Of a stretch of 64,000 bases of DNA, positions 24,540 to 37,060 are shown in pieces (within the stretch, counting starts at the first letter, position 1; each line of letters starts with the position of its first letter). This DNA is from Mobula hypostoma (taxonomy: Eukaryota). The position numbers and the translations under genes were made by a program. Location of the stretch: NCBI RefSeq assembly GCF_963921235.1, contig NC_086108.1, positions 54,004,001-54,068,000 on the forward strand, given 5' to 3'. The notes beneath the pieces were generated by a model. It made no database searches. It had not been told where the DNA came from and saw only the letters and a program-made list of their open reading frames with translations.

Positions 24540-27530
24540 ATCACAAGACCATAAGACATTGGAGCAGAGTTTTAGGCCACTTGGCTGATAGTCTATTCCA
24601 ACTTTTGTTCATGGCTAATTTATTTTCCCTCTGATTATCAATCTCCTGCCTTCTCCCTTTAACATTTGCCCTTACAAACCAAGAACCTATCAACCTCTAC
24701 TTTAAATATATCCAATGACTTGGCTTTCACAGCCATCTGTGCCAATGAATTCCACAGATTTACCACCCTCTAGCTAAAAATAATTCCATCTCGTCGCTGT
24801 TCTAAAGGCTGTCTGGTCCTAGGCTCTGCAACTATTGGAAACATCCTCACCATATCCACTCTATTGAGGCCGTTCAATATTTGGTAGGTTTCAATGAGAA
24901 CCTCCTTTATTCTTCTCAACTCCAGTAGGTACAGGCCCAGAGCTATCACATACTCATTTTTCATAACTAATTTTTTCTTCTTCACATACCTAAAGAAGCT
25001 TTTACTATCCTCCTTTATATTCTTGGCTAGCTTACCTTCGTACCTCATCTTTTCCCCCCGTATTGCCTTTTTAGTTACCTTCTGTTGCTCCTTGAAAGTC
25101 TCCCAATCCTCTGGCTCCCCACTCATCCTTGCTATGTTATACTTCCTCTATTTTTATACCATCCTTGATTTCCCTTGTCATCCACGGTCACCCCTTACTC
25201 CCCTTAGAATCTTTCTTCCTCTTTGGAATGAACTGATCCTGCACCTTCTGTATTATTCCCAGAAATACCTACCGTTGTTGTTCCACTGTCATCCCTGCTA
25301 GGGCATCTTTCCAGTCAACTTTGGCCAGCTCCTCCCTCATGGGTCCATAGTCCCCTTTGTTCAACTGTAATTCTGACACTTCCGATCTTCCCTTTTCCCT
25401 CTCAAATTGTAGATTAAAACTTATCATATTATGGTCACTACCTCCTAATGACTCCTTTACTTCGAGTTCCCTTATCAAATCTGGCTCATTACACAACACT
25501 AAATCCAGAATTGCCTTCTCCTTGGTAGGCTGTAATACAAGCTGCTCTAAGAATCCATCTCTGAGGCATTCCACAAACTCCCTTTCTTGGGGTCCAGTAC
25601 CAACCTGATTTTCCCAGTCTACCTGCATGTTGAAATCCCCCATAACAACCGTAGAATTACCATTGCGACATGCCAATTTTAACTCTTGATTTAACTTGCA
25701 CCCTATATCCAGGCTACTGTTCGGGGGCCTGTAGGTAACTCCCTGAAAAGAGGATGCTGTCTAAGTTGCATGCCATCTTGGTCAACGTCTCTCATCCACT
25801 ACATAGTGTACTGGGTGGGCACAGGAGTACAATCAGCCAGAGACTCATTCCTCCGAGATGCAGCACAGAGCGTCATAGGAAGTCATTTCTGCCTGTGGCC
25901 ATCAAACTTTACAACTCCTCCCTTGGAGGGTCAGACACCCTGAGCCGATAGGCTGGTCCTGGACTTATTTCATAATTTACTGGCATAATTTACATATTAC
26001 TATTTAACTATTTATGGTTCTATTACTATTTATGGTGCAAATGTAACGAAAATCGATTCCCCCCAGGATCAATAAAGTAGGACTACGACTATGACTATGA
26101 CTATAACTCCCATCAGGGTCTTTTTGCCCTTACAGTTTCTCAGTTCTATAAACACTGGCTCTACATCTCCTGTCTGTCCCTTCGATAGGATGTATATCCC
26201 TGAATATTCATTTCCTGGTCCTCTTGAAGCCATGTCTCTGTTATTCCCACAACATCATACTTGCCAATTTCCAACTGAGCCTCAAGCTCATCCACATTAT
26301 TTCTTATACTCCGTGCATTCATATATAATACTTTTAATCCTTTTAAAGTAGTACTTTTACTCCCCTCACCTTTCACATCAATTCCTATTGCACTTAGCCA
26401 TACTCTCCGATCCCTTCCTGAGCTCTCTGCCCCTTTAATTCTGTTGTCTTTCTTAACTTTTCTTATCTCTCTTTCCTTTTAACTCCATCCTTATATTTCC
26501 AGTTCGTCCCCTGCTCCCCACTACTTAGTTTAAACACACCCGTGTAGCAGTGGCAAACCTGCCTGCCAGAACGCTGGACCCCGTCTGTTAAGATGCAACC
26601 CGTCCCTTCTGTACAATTCACCCTTACCCCAAAACAGATCCCAGTGGTCTAAGAATCTAAATCCCTGCTCCCCACACCAGCTCCTCAGCCACACATTCAG
26701 ATCCCCTGTCTCCCTGTTCCTGTCCTCTTCAGCACAGGGAACTGGAAGCAAACCCGAGATAACCACCCTGGAGGTCCTGCTTTTCAGCCTTCTTCCAAGT
26801 TCTCTGAAGTCACGCTGCAAAATGTCTCTCATCTTCTTCCCGACGTCATTTGTGCCGACATGCACCACCACCTCCGGCTGATCACCTTCTCCCTTGAGGA
26901 TGCCCTGCAATTGGTCCGTGATGTTCCGGATCCTGGCACCAGGGAGGCAACACACCATCCTTAAATCCTGCCTGTTGCCACAGAACCCCTATCTGTACCT
27001 CTCACTATGGAGTCCTCTACTACCACGGCTCTGGGCTTTGTTTCAGCGTCAATTTTTGACTCGCAGACCTGTCCGCCTCTCAGACTGGCACTGTCTTCTG
27101 TCCTGACAGCTTCCAAGAGGGTGAACCTGTTTTCAAGAGGCACATCCCCCGGGGTCTCCTGTACTCCAAGCATCTATCCCTTCCTTATCGTCACCCCCCC
27201 CCCCCCTTCCGGTATCTTCGGTGTAATGATCTCACTGCAGGTCCTGCCAGAAAAATTTCTGTTTCTCGGATGAACCTGAGGTCATCCAGTTGCCTCTCCA
27301 GTGCCTCAACACGGTCCTTCAGAAGCTGAACCTGGACACACTTTCCACATTTATAGCAGCCAGAGGCACCATCAATGTCCCTGACCTCCCACATCATGCA
27401 AGCAGCACACTGAATCAGTTGACCTGTCACTTCTTCACCACTTCTCACCCTCTCCAACTGTGGCATAGTCTCCTCCCTCAGCCTCCTTGCCGAAGACTCT
27501 CAAGACAAAGACTTGCACTTCCCTCGACAA
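24540..27530 (-). mobile_element. CR1 LINE with ORF1 (zinc finger and SGNH esterase), ORF2 endonuclease and a 3' tail, but no RT
   Basis: CAACMMWEV..CGKC; CLPGA..VHVGTND..DGLHLN (esterase); YMNARSIRN, GITETWL, MGDFN and GSDH (APE). Joins a 3'-end fragment near 24955. Confidence 0.9.
25744..26103 (+). mobile_element. Rex1/Babar-type LINE 3' fragment nested in the CR1 endonuclease
   Basis: HPLH..RHRKSFLPVAIKLYN; (gactat)n tail; TSD taactccc at 25736-25743 and 26104-26111. Confidence 0.85.
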
Positions 27531-27769
27531 GGCCTCTCCCCGACAGGCCGCTCCCCTAGAGCAAACCTTGATTATATTGGCTGATATTTTGACGAATTCG
27601 TTTGAATTGTTGCACCTCGGCCGACCTCGAACGTTTGTCTTGCAGGCTGGTCTCAACCGGGTTTTAAATCAACCACTCCTTCTCAGCCAAGATGTTATGT
27701 CAAACATACTTTTCAGCCCACCGTCACTTGCAAGCTCAAGGAGTTGATCTTCTTCCCACGCTGACATGG

Positions 27770-27924
27770 ATGACACGTGCGTTCAAGTTCATCAGTGGGC
27801 GTGACAGGGAATGAGGAAAGGTGCAGCTGACTCGTATCGCCAAATCATATCGATTCCTCACGGCCCAGTAGCACGTGCTCTGCGGCCTGGTACCGGTCCG
27901 CGGCCCGGTGGTTGGGGACCACTG
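27770..27924. mobile_element. hAT (Charlie-like) element right end
   Basis: Ends ccggtccgcggcccggtggttggggaccactg; no left TIR found. Confidence 0.55.
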
Positions 27925-27964
27925 GCATATATGGAAGGAAGGGAAATAAGCAGCAGTGTCATGG

Positions 27965-29596
27965 AACATATATAGAGACTAAAGAGGAGGAGGTGCTTGC
28001 TGCCTTACAGTGAATACAGGTAGATAAATCCCCCGGGCCTGACATGATATTTCCTTGGACCTTGAGAGAGACTAGTGTAGAAACTGCAGGGGCCCTGGCA
28101 GAAATATTTAAAATGTCCTTAGCCACGGGTATGGTGCCAGAGGATTGGAGGGTAGCTCATGTTGTTCCATTGTTTAAAAAAGGCTCCAAAAGTAAACCAG
28201 GTAATTACAGGCCAGTGAGCCTGACATCAGTAGTAGGTAAATTATTGGAAGGTGTTCTGAGAGATCAGATATACAAGTATTTGGACAGCCAAAGGCTGAT
28301 TAAGGATAGTCAGCATGGCTTTGTGCGTGGTAGATCGTGTTTAATGAATCTTGTAGTGTTTCTTGAGGAGGTTACCAAAAAGTAGATAAAGGAAAGGGTG
28401 TGGATGTTGTCTACATTGACAATAGTAAGGCCTTTGACAAGGTCCCACATGGGAGGTTAGTTCAGAAGGTTCAGACACTAGGTATCCATGGAGAGGTTGT
28501 AAACTGGATTCGAAACTGGCTGTGTGGGAGAGGACAGAGAGTGGTAGTGGATGATTGCTTATCAGACTGGTGGCCTTTGACTAGTAGTGTGCCTCAAGGA
28601 TCTGTGCTGGGACCATTGTTGTTTGTTGTCTATATCAATGATCTAGATGATAATGTGGTAAATTGGATCAGCAAGTTTGCTGATGACACTAAGACTGGAG
28701 GCGTTGTGGACAGCGAGGAAGGCTTTCAAAGCTTGCAGAGGGATCTGGACCAACTGGAAAAATGGGCCAGAAAATGGCAGATGGAATTTAATGCAGAGAA
28801 GTGTGAGGTGTTGCATTTTGGAAGGACAAATCAAGGCAGGACTTACCTAGTAAATGGTAGGGCACTGAGGAGTACGGAGGAACAAAGAGATCTGGGAGTT
28901 CAGATACATAATTCCCTGAAAGTGGCATCACAGGTAGACAGGGTTGTAAAGAAGGCTTTTGGCATCCTGGCATTCATAAATCAAAGTATTGAGTATAGGA
29001 GTTGGGATGTTATGGGGTGGTTGTATAAGACATTGGTGAGGCCAAATTTGGAGCATTGTGTACAGTTCTGGTCACCTAACTGTAGGAAGGACATCGGTAT
29101 GATTGAAAGAGAGTGCAGAGAAGATTTACTAGGATGTTGCTGGGTCTTCAGGAGTTGAGTTACAGGGAAAGATTGAACAGGTTAGGACTTTATTCCTTGG
29201 AGTGTAGAAGAATGAGGGGAGATTTGATAGAGGTTTACAAAATTATGAGGGGTATAGACAGAGTAAATGTGAGTAGGTTCTTTCCACTTAGATTAGGAGA
29301 GATAAATACGAGAGGACATAGCTTTAGGGTGAAAGAGGAAAGGTTTACGGGAACATTAGGGGGAACTTCTTCACTCAGAGAGTGGTGGGAGTGTGGAACG
29401 AGCTGCCATCTGACAGGGTAAATGCGGGCTCACTCTTAAGTTTTAAGAATAAGTTGGATAGGTACATGGATGGGAGAGGTCGGGGTTATGGACTGGATAC
29501 AGGTCAATGGGACTAGCGGAATAATGTTTTGGCACAGACTAGAAAGGCCGAAAGGCCTGTTTTCTGTGCTGTAGTGTTCTATGGTTCTATGGTTCA
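27965..29596 (+). mobile_element. 5'-truncated, relatively young CR1 LINE (RT domain to 3' end)
   Basis: DKSPGPD, PGNYRPVSLTS, QHGFVRGRSC, KAFDKVPH, VPQGSVLGP and KFADDTK; only a few frameshifts; (ttctatgg)n tail. Confidence 0.95.
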
Positions 29597-30830
29597 GCAT
29601 TATATTCTTGCTTGCTAACACTGCATTTGCTTTCCTTACTACTGACTCAACCTGCAAGTTAATCTTTAGGGAATCTGCACCAGGACTCTCGAGACTTTTT
29701 ACATCTCTGATTTCAAAATTTACTTCCCATTTAGAAAATAATGTATGCCTTTATTCTTGTTGCCAGATTGTGTGACCATAGACAACTCTGCACTATATTC
29801 CATCTGTCACTTTTTTTTACCCATTCTCCTAATTTGTCCAAGACTGAAGACTAAGATCACGGGTAAAGCCCTCCCAATGATTGAGCACATCTACACGTAG
29901 TGTTGTCACAGGAAAGCGGCATCCGTTATCAACCCCACTACCCAGCTTATGCTTTCTTCTCGCTCCTGCCATCAGTAAGAAGGTGCAGGAGCCTTAGGAC
30001 TTACACCATTAGGTTCAGGAATAGTTATTGCCCCTTAACTGTCAGGTTCTTAAACCAGGGAAGATAACGTCACTTGCCCCATCACTGATCTATTCCCACA
30101 ACCTGTGGATTCACTTTCAAGGAATCTTCATCTCATGTTCTTGATACTTATTTCTTAGTTATTAATTATTATTATTTACCTTAAAGCTCCATAGATCAAA
30201 TCTGTTCATTACACAGTACTCAAACCAGAATTGCCTTTTCCCTTGTGGGCTTGACCACACGCCGCTCTAAAAAAACATCTTGTAGGCATTCCTCAAATTC
30301 CTTCTCTTGGAATTCAGCACCAACCTGGTTTTCCCAATCTACCTGCATATTGAAAGCCCTCATGACCACCATAATACTGCCCTTTATACATGGCTTTTTA
30401 AATTTATATGCTGTTGTAATTGGTAACCCATATCCTGGCTACTGTTTGGAGGCCCATATATAATTCCTATCAAGTTCTTTTTATCGTTATAGTTTTTCAA
30501 CTCTACCCATATGGATATACATCTTCTGACCCTATGTCACTTCTATAAGGATTTAATTTCATTTTATTTTTTACCCACAAAACCACCTCTCCTCCTCTGC
30601 TCGCTTGCCTGTCCATTCGATACGATGTGTATCCTTGGATATTAAGCTCTCAACTGTGATCTTTCAACCATGGCTGTAATGCCCACAACATCATACATGC
30701 CAATCTCTAACTGCACTACAATATCATCTACCTTATTTTGTATTCTGCATGCATTCAAATATAACACCTTCAGTCCTGTGTTCACTACCCTTCTTTTCAA
30801 TTTTTGTCTCCATATTGCTTGAAGTTAAGT
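29597..30830 (-). mobile_element. Decayed CR1 fragments with a nested Rex1/Babar tail (about 29860-30180, +)
   Basis: QVESVVRKANAVLA and APE remnants on the minus strand; the nested piece is homologous to 7150-7690. Confidence 0.7.
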
Positions 30831-32329
30831 AAGCTAAGTTGTGTAAGTTGCATCACATTTCAAATAATGATTCTGTGGTTAAACACAAGTGATGTTGTGA
30901 ATGTAAATGTTGGTTTCACTTAGCATAAAATAAAATAATACCTTGATTATTTTCAAGGAGGCCTTAAACCAATTATAATTGGGAGGAAGTCTTATTTCTG
31001 AAAACGTTTTTGTGATGTGATTTTAGGTTTGGAATGCTGAAGTGTTAATATTCAGCTCAAAGTTGAGGGTTATTTGACTAAACAAACATTTGTGGGATTG
31101 TGGTTTGTGTAGAGCTGTTGAGTGTTGGAGCATTGTTTTGCCTGTAAAGTGATATTATAGGGCTAATTCAGGAGTGTGTGCGAGGCTCCATCTTGAGTTC
31201 TTTATTTTCCATAATGCATGTTTACAATCCTTATTAAACAGATCCGCTAGCTGAGATGAAAGAAAGATTGTATTTTTTTGTTGGAGGTTTTCTTTACATT
31301 TGGCTCAGGAGCTTTCTAGTCTTGGTGTGAGCTTCCCAAATCTCTGCGACAAGAGAAGGGGGGAGAAAAATCCTTATCACTGCAAGCTTGAGTGGAGAAC
31401 AATGGGGATTGTTGAAAATTGGGAGGGGGGCAAGGGGGCACAGAGGGGGTTGGTGCGAATAAGCTTTGGAATGCAAGGCAATCAGTGCAATTGACACGCA
31501 TGCATCGTGGCATTTGTTTGTGCAGTTAATTCACTTGCTACTCCCAGCAGTGTGCTTTAGCATTCAGAATGAGGAATTTAGGTAAAGGAGATTAGGTTTT
31601 TTTTCACTCATGACAATAGACTTTACAATTCCTATCGCTCCCAGTGAGTACTGATTCTCACACCCTCAGGTAGCTAGCTGTCATTGCTTTTAATGGTTTA
31701 AGTTGTAATGGAGCTTAAATCTTCAAGTCTATGGAAACGAAACCACCAACTGTAATTTTGAGTTGGCTTCATTTGCTTTTTCACTTTCATTTGGTGCTGA
31801 ATGGCCATTCTTTAATTGTAAAGTTAAGGTTGTCTTTGGCATGCTTGCTTTATTGTGGTTGGTAATGGAGCTGAACTCGTGTATGCATGTTGTAATGGAT
31901 TTCATTGGTGAGCAGTCAAAAAGCTGGATAGTCTATTTTTCCTTCTGAACTCAAAAGACCTCAAGGCAAATTACAGAGGAGCTGCTTTTATGCTGATTAA
32001 CATGAATTTATTTAATTTAGTCTGTGCACATAATCTAAGATTTAGATGAAGGTGCTGTTTGTTCTAATTGCTAATGTGTAACACTGGTAATTATTCCTGT
32101 CTTGTCAGGCAGGCAGTCTGTATTTGCAGCTCACCATTAACATGCATAGAAACCACATCCATGAGTACAGCCCAATGGCACCTGGAAAAGGTGAGCAGTT
32201 TCGAATTCTGGATGCCAACATCTCTGGGGATAGGCACAAATGACACTTGCTACTCTTGCGACAAAATTAATCTGGGTTATTAGTACAGAGTGACATTGCA
32301 AAAATACCAGTGGGAAGTTGTAATGACAC

Positions 32330-33165
32330 CAATCCTCACTGACGGATCAGCAGTAGAAAGGGTGAGCAGTTTCAAGTTCCTGGGTGTCAACATCTCTGAA
32401 GATCTTTCCTGGGCCCAACATTTTGATGCTGTTACAAAGAAGACACATCAGCGGCTATATTTCATTCGAGGAGATGTGGTATGTTCCCAAAAACTCAAGC
32501 AAATTTCCAGAGATCCACTCCGCAGAGCATTCTGACTGGTTGCATCACTGTCTGGTGTTGACAGATTACTGGACAGGATCAGAAAAAGTTGCAGAGGGTT
32601 GTAAATTTAGCCAGTTCCATCATGGGCACTGATCTCTCCACCATCAAGAGCATCTTCAAATGGCTATACCTCAAAAAAGCGGCATCCATCATTAAGAACC
32701 TCCACCACTCTTGTCCTCTTCAAGATTGTTTAATTGTCATTTCACCCATGCATGAATACCTGTGAATACAGCCAAGCAAAACAGTGTTACTCTGGGACCA
32801 AGGTGTAAAACACAGTACAAAGAGTCATACACAGCACAAGACACATAGAGCACATATAAAGTAGCAAGTATATATAAGATAGCAGTAAAATACAGTCACA
32901 CAAAAACATCGTACATGGCCCTAATTCCATCACTGTTTTAGCAGTCTGCAGTTGAACACAATACAAAACGAACAGCAGTGACTCCAGCATGTACATAGCA
33001 CCACACCACCTCAGCGCCTTCTCACTACTTCCATCAGCAAGGTACAGGAGTCTGAAGACGCACTCAATGCTTTAGGAGCATCTTCTTCTACTTCCACCAT
33101 CAGGTTTCTGAATTGGTCATGAACACTGTCTCACATTTTTGCTGTCTTTTCACACTCTATATACA
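32330..33165 (+). mobile_element. Rex1/Babar LINE 3' fragment with a reverse LINE tail nested at about 32720-33015
   Basis: VERVSSFKFLGVNISEDLSWAQH..KKTHQRLYF. Confidence 0.8.
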
Positions 33166-33213
33166 AAAATAATGAAATAGAAAGTTTCTAAATATCAAAA
33201 AAATGAATATAAA

Positions 33214-33614
33214 CAATGTTCCCTCTAAGTCGTATGTGCGCGCACATCTTTTGCTACTAGCGTACAAAGGAATTGCACGAAGAATTTGCTTCGTGACGGA
33301 CTTTAGGATCAGGGGGTGCTGGGGAGCTCAGGAACCACCACCCGCAGCTGCTGTTGAGTCCTGAGTCAGGAGTAAGTCAATGTCAATATAAATTTGTGGT
33401 AAATGAAATAAACATGATTTGAGAATTATCAAACCATTAATTTTAATGTGTTAACGGCATCTGTCATGTGGATTCAGCAGCAGCTGCAGGGAGCAGTTCC
33501 TGAGCTCCCTGGGTCCTAAAGTACATCTTCATCACGCAGATTGTTTATGCAGTTCCTTTGTGTACTTTTAGCAAAAGATATGTGTGTGTGGCAAACACAT
33601 TAGAGGGAACATTA
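33214..33614. mobile_element. Long-TIR hAT-like MITE
   Basis: caatgttccctctaa / ttagagggaacatta termini with over 100 bp of imperfect inverted similarity; possible 8-bp TSD aatataaa / actagaaa (6 of 8 match). Confidence 0.7.
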
Positions 33615-34534
33615 ACTAGAAAGAGCATTAAACAGTTTAAAGAAACACTAAATTAAGTCAGTATTTAGTGTGACCACCCTTTGCCTTGAAAATTGTAGCA
33701 GTTCTCTGAGGATCACTCTCATGCACTTTTGTAAGAAAATCAGCTAGTAGGTTGTTCCAAGCATCTTGGAAAACTTACTACAGTTGCTCAGCTCACTTGC
33801 TTTTCTCTCTCCAGGTAATCCCCGACAGCCTCAATGATGTATGTATTGATCTCATCTGCTGTCACAAAACAACGAATTCCTTGACGCATGTCAGTGATAA
33901 TGAACCTGATTCTGAAATAAACCCTTAAGCATTCACTGCAAGCCTTGTTTTCCTGTGTGTCTGTGAGGAAAGAATCAACTGGAGTTTTGATTCTTGACCA
34001 TCTTCAACAATTTTTTGCGTTAATTCAAGTCTGTGAATCAGAAAGGGACAGGACTAGATGTCATTGTAAGAACTGAATATCCCTGTGCAGCTTGTTGTGA
34101 ACATGTGTCAAACACTGAAGAAAAAAAATTTACAAAGTTATTCAGTAGATTAATAGATGCAATTTTTTTTAAAACAAACGATTTGATGTATCTATTGTTA
34201 CTTGTTTTATTCATACATGCAGTAGATTTGTACCCCAGAATTGGAAGTACTGCACGTATTTCCTTATATGAAGTTTGCACTGTGATGCCCATCTTAAATT
34301 CTCTGAAGAAAGGGAGTACAAGGGAAGACTGGAGATTTAACTTGGGTGTATGCAGCCATCAGCTCAGATACAAATGGCCTGCCATTTTATGAAACAAAGT
34401 TCTTTTTAATCAAATAGAGATACAAGTGACTTTAAATAACAGAGCAAGGTTCAAATTAAAAATGCAAAAAACTGAATTTGGATGATCAACAAGTGACCAT
34501 GTATACATGTGCGTGTGTGTATGTATATATGTCT

Positions 34535-35144
34535 GTTAAGGCCCGCCTATTGTGCACCGCCAGTGCATTGTTTTTCTGTCTGGGTGTGCTTCCTTAGCCT
34601 TGTCTCAACAAACCTACCACAAGGCAGTGGGGCTATTTGCCCATAGCTGGGACAGTGGTTGACGGGCACCAGGGTACGTCCACACAGTGGTGGGCCTGTA
34701 TGCCACGTCTCTGGAGCCCACTGCTGCTCCGAGATCCCCTGTAGTTCAGCCTGGGACCGTAAGATACGCAAGGAAGATTTTAAATAGAGGGTGAAAAGAG
34801 GAGCCGAGTGTGTAAGCCTCCTCCTGCCACTACAGAGCCTCTCCACCACCAAGACTCCTTGCGCAGGTCTCCATCTCTGACCACGGTGAACAATACCTGG
34901 ACCTTACATATGGTTGAAGTCTGATGGCGATGGGGTGTCTGGCAACGGGAACAGGTACGAATCGACTGGGAGCTCCTAGTCAGAACCCTGCATGGCAGTG
35001 GCACAGGGTATTTGGTCAGTAGCAGCTGGAACTGAGTGGCATCTGTTTTCGGCAGACCCCTGTGTGACTGAGCAGCCCAATTGGGGAAGGGCCTAGAAAA
35101 GGTGGCCTAAAAATTGCCCATTCAATCACTCACCCGGATAGGTT
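34535..35144 (+). mobile_element. GC-rich repeat, possibly the 5' UTR of an RTE-clade LINE
   Basis: GC-rich block; gggcctagaaaaggtggcctaaaaattgccc resembles RTE 5' regions as I recall them. Confidence 0.35.
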
Positions 35145-36007
35145 ACTGCGCCAAAAAGTTCTATTTTGACCATCAGTCCCCAGGACTTGTTTCCAAAATG
35201 CATCAGGCTTGTTTAGATGTTCCTTTGAACTTTTTGAATAGAACTTTTTGGCCGCAGTGAACAAAGGTATGTTTGGAGAAAAAAGGGTGCAGAATTTCAT
35301 GAAAAGAACTCCTCTCCAACTGTTAAGCGTGGGGGTGGATCGATCATGCTTTGGGCTTGTGTTGCAGCCACTGGCACGGGGAACATTTACTGATAGAGGG
35401 AAGAATGAATTCAATTAAATCCCAGCAAATTCTGGAAGCAAACATCACACCGTCTGTAAAAAAGCTGAAGATGAAAAGAGGATGGCTTCTACAACAGGAT
35501 AATGATCCTAACCACACCTCAAAATCCACAATGCACTACCTCAAGAGGCACAAGCTAAAGGTTTTGCCATGGCCCTCACAGTGCCCTGACCTAAATATCA
35601 TCGAGAATCTGTGGATAGACCTCAAAAGAGCAGTGCATGCAAGACGGCCCAAGAATCTCACAGAACTCGAAGCCTTTTGCAAGGAAGAATGGGTGAAAAT
35701 CCCCCAAACAAGAATTGAAAGACTCTTGGCTGGCTACAAAAAGCGTTTACAAGCTGTGATACTTGCCAAAGGGGGTGTTACTAAGTACTGCCATGCAGGG
35801 TGCCCAAACTTTTGCTTCGGGCCCTTTTCCTTTTTTGTTATTTTGAAACTGTAAAAGATGGAAATAAAGTTTTCTTGCTTAAAATATTAAAGAAATGTGT
35901 CATCTTTAACTTTATGCCTTTTGGAAATCAGTTCATCTTTTACTCACTTAGCTATTCACAGTAACAGACATTTTGACCAGGGGTGCCCAAACCTTTGCAC
36001 AGCACTG
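35145..36007 (+). mobile_element. Tc1-like transposon right half (catalytic domain and IR/DR-type right terminus)
   Basis: LQQDNDPNHTS..WPSQCPDLNIIENLW (DD34E). Direct repeat gggtgcccaaac..ttgc at about 35798 and 35981. Ends cactg|ta. Confidence 0.92.
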
Positions 36008-36647
36008 TATGTATATATGTATGTGTATATAGATATACAGTTAGTTTAATTAAGAATTGCAAATACTTTTTTCATTCCTGTGTTTAGAATTTCAAAACTG
36101 ACTTAGCTTACTTGTAGTAAAATATACTGATGTCATTTTATAATTTCAGCAATTGTTGATGTATTCAAATGCTATTGGTGGTACTCTTTTGTCTCAGAGT
36201 TGGGCTGCCTTTCATTACTCGTAGTATTTCTCCAGAGACATTCCTCTGCTGAATCTAAGTAGGTTCTCCCTTTATGGCCTTTTCAATTCCTAACTCCAAC
36301 CTCATATGAACACCTCTATTCAAGTGACCATACTTTGTGACTGCAAAATTGATTACAAAATTATGTAACAAGAAAACAATATAGTTGGATAAAAGTGTGG
36401 GTAATAATTGGAGAAACGTCCAATAATCTGGAAAACCTACTTGTCTGGCACTTGTAAAATCTATAGCCCGGTGTTGGAAAATACACAGGGTGCCAGATTA
36501 TTGGCAGTAGCATGTTAATTGGCACTGCTGCCATACTGGCATAGGGCATTTACTGCTTGGCCAGTTGATCAATGTACTGGAGAGTAGTCAATGTTGTTGA
36601 AACTTTATAAACCAGTAACTGATGAGGGGGAAAATGGGAAAGAGAGA

Positions 36648-37060
36648 ATTGAATTGAATTGACTTTATTTCTTACATCCTTCACATACATGAGTAAAAAT
36701 TTTTACGTTATGTCTCCATCTAAATGTGCATTGTGCAATCATAGTAACTTATAATAAATGGAACAATCAGTATAACATAGAATACACTCAAATCAGTGTG
36801 AGTTAATCAGTCTGATGGCCTGGTGGAAGAAACTGTCCTGGAGCCTGTTGGTGCTGGCTTTTATACTGCGGTACCGTTTCCTGGATAATAGCAGCTGGAA
36901 TAGATTGTGGTTGGGGTGACTCAGGTCCCGAGTGATCCTACAGGCCCTTTTTTTTTCCCACGCCTGTCCTTGTAAATGCCCTGAATCATGGAAAGTTCAC
37001 AACTACAGATGTGCTGGACTGTCTGCACCACTCTCTGCAGAGTCCTGCGATTAACGGAGT
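36648..37060 (-). mobile_element. Rex1/Babar LINE 3' fragment
   Basis: (aattg)n tail with tttatt, and a reverse LPSGKRYRSI / SFFHQAIRL remnant. Confidence 0.75.

Noticed and set aside
28044..29421. Active or bacterial-type reverse transcriptase system
   Set aside because: A frameshifted, 5'-truncated CR1 ORF2 in a vertebrate intron.
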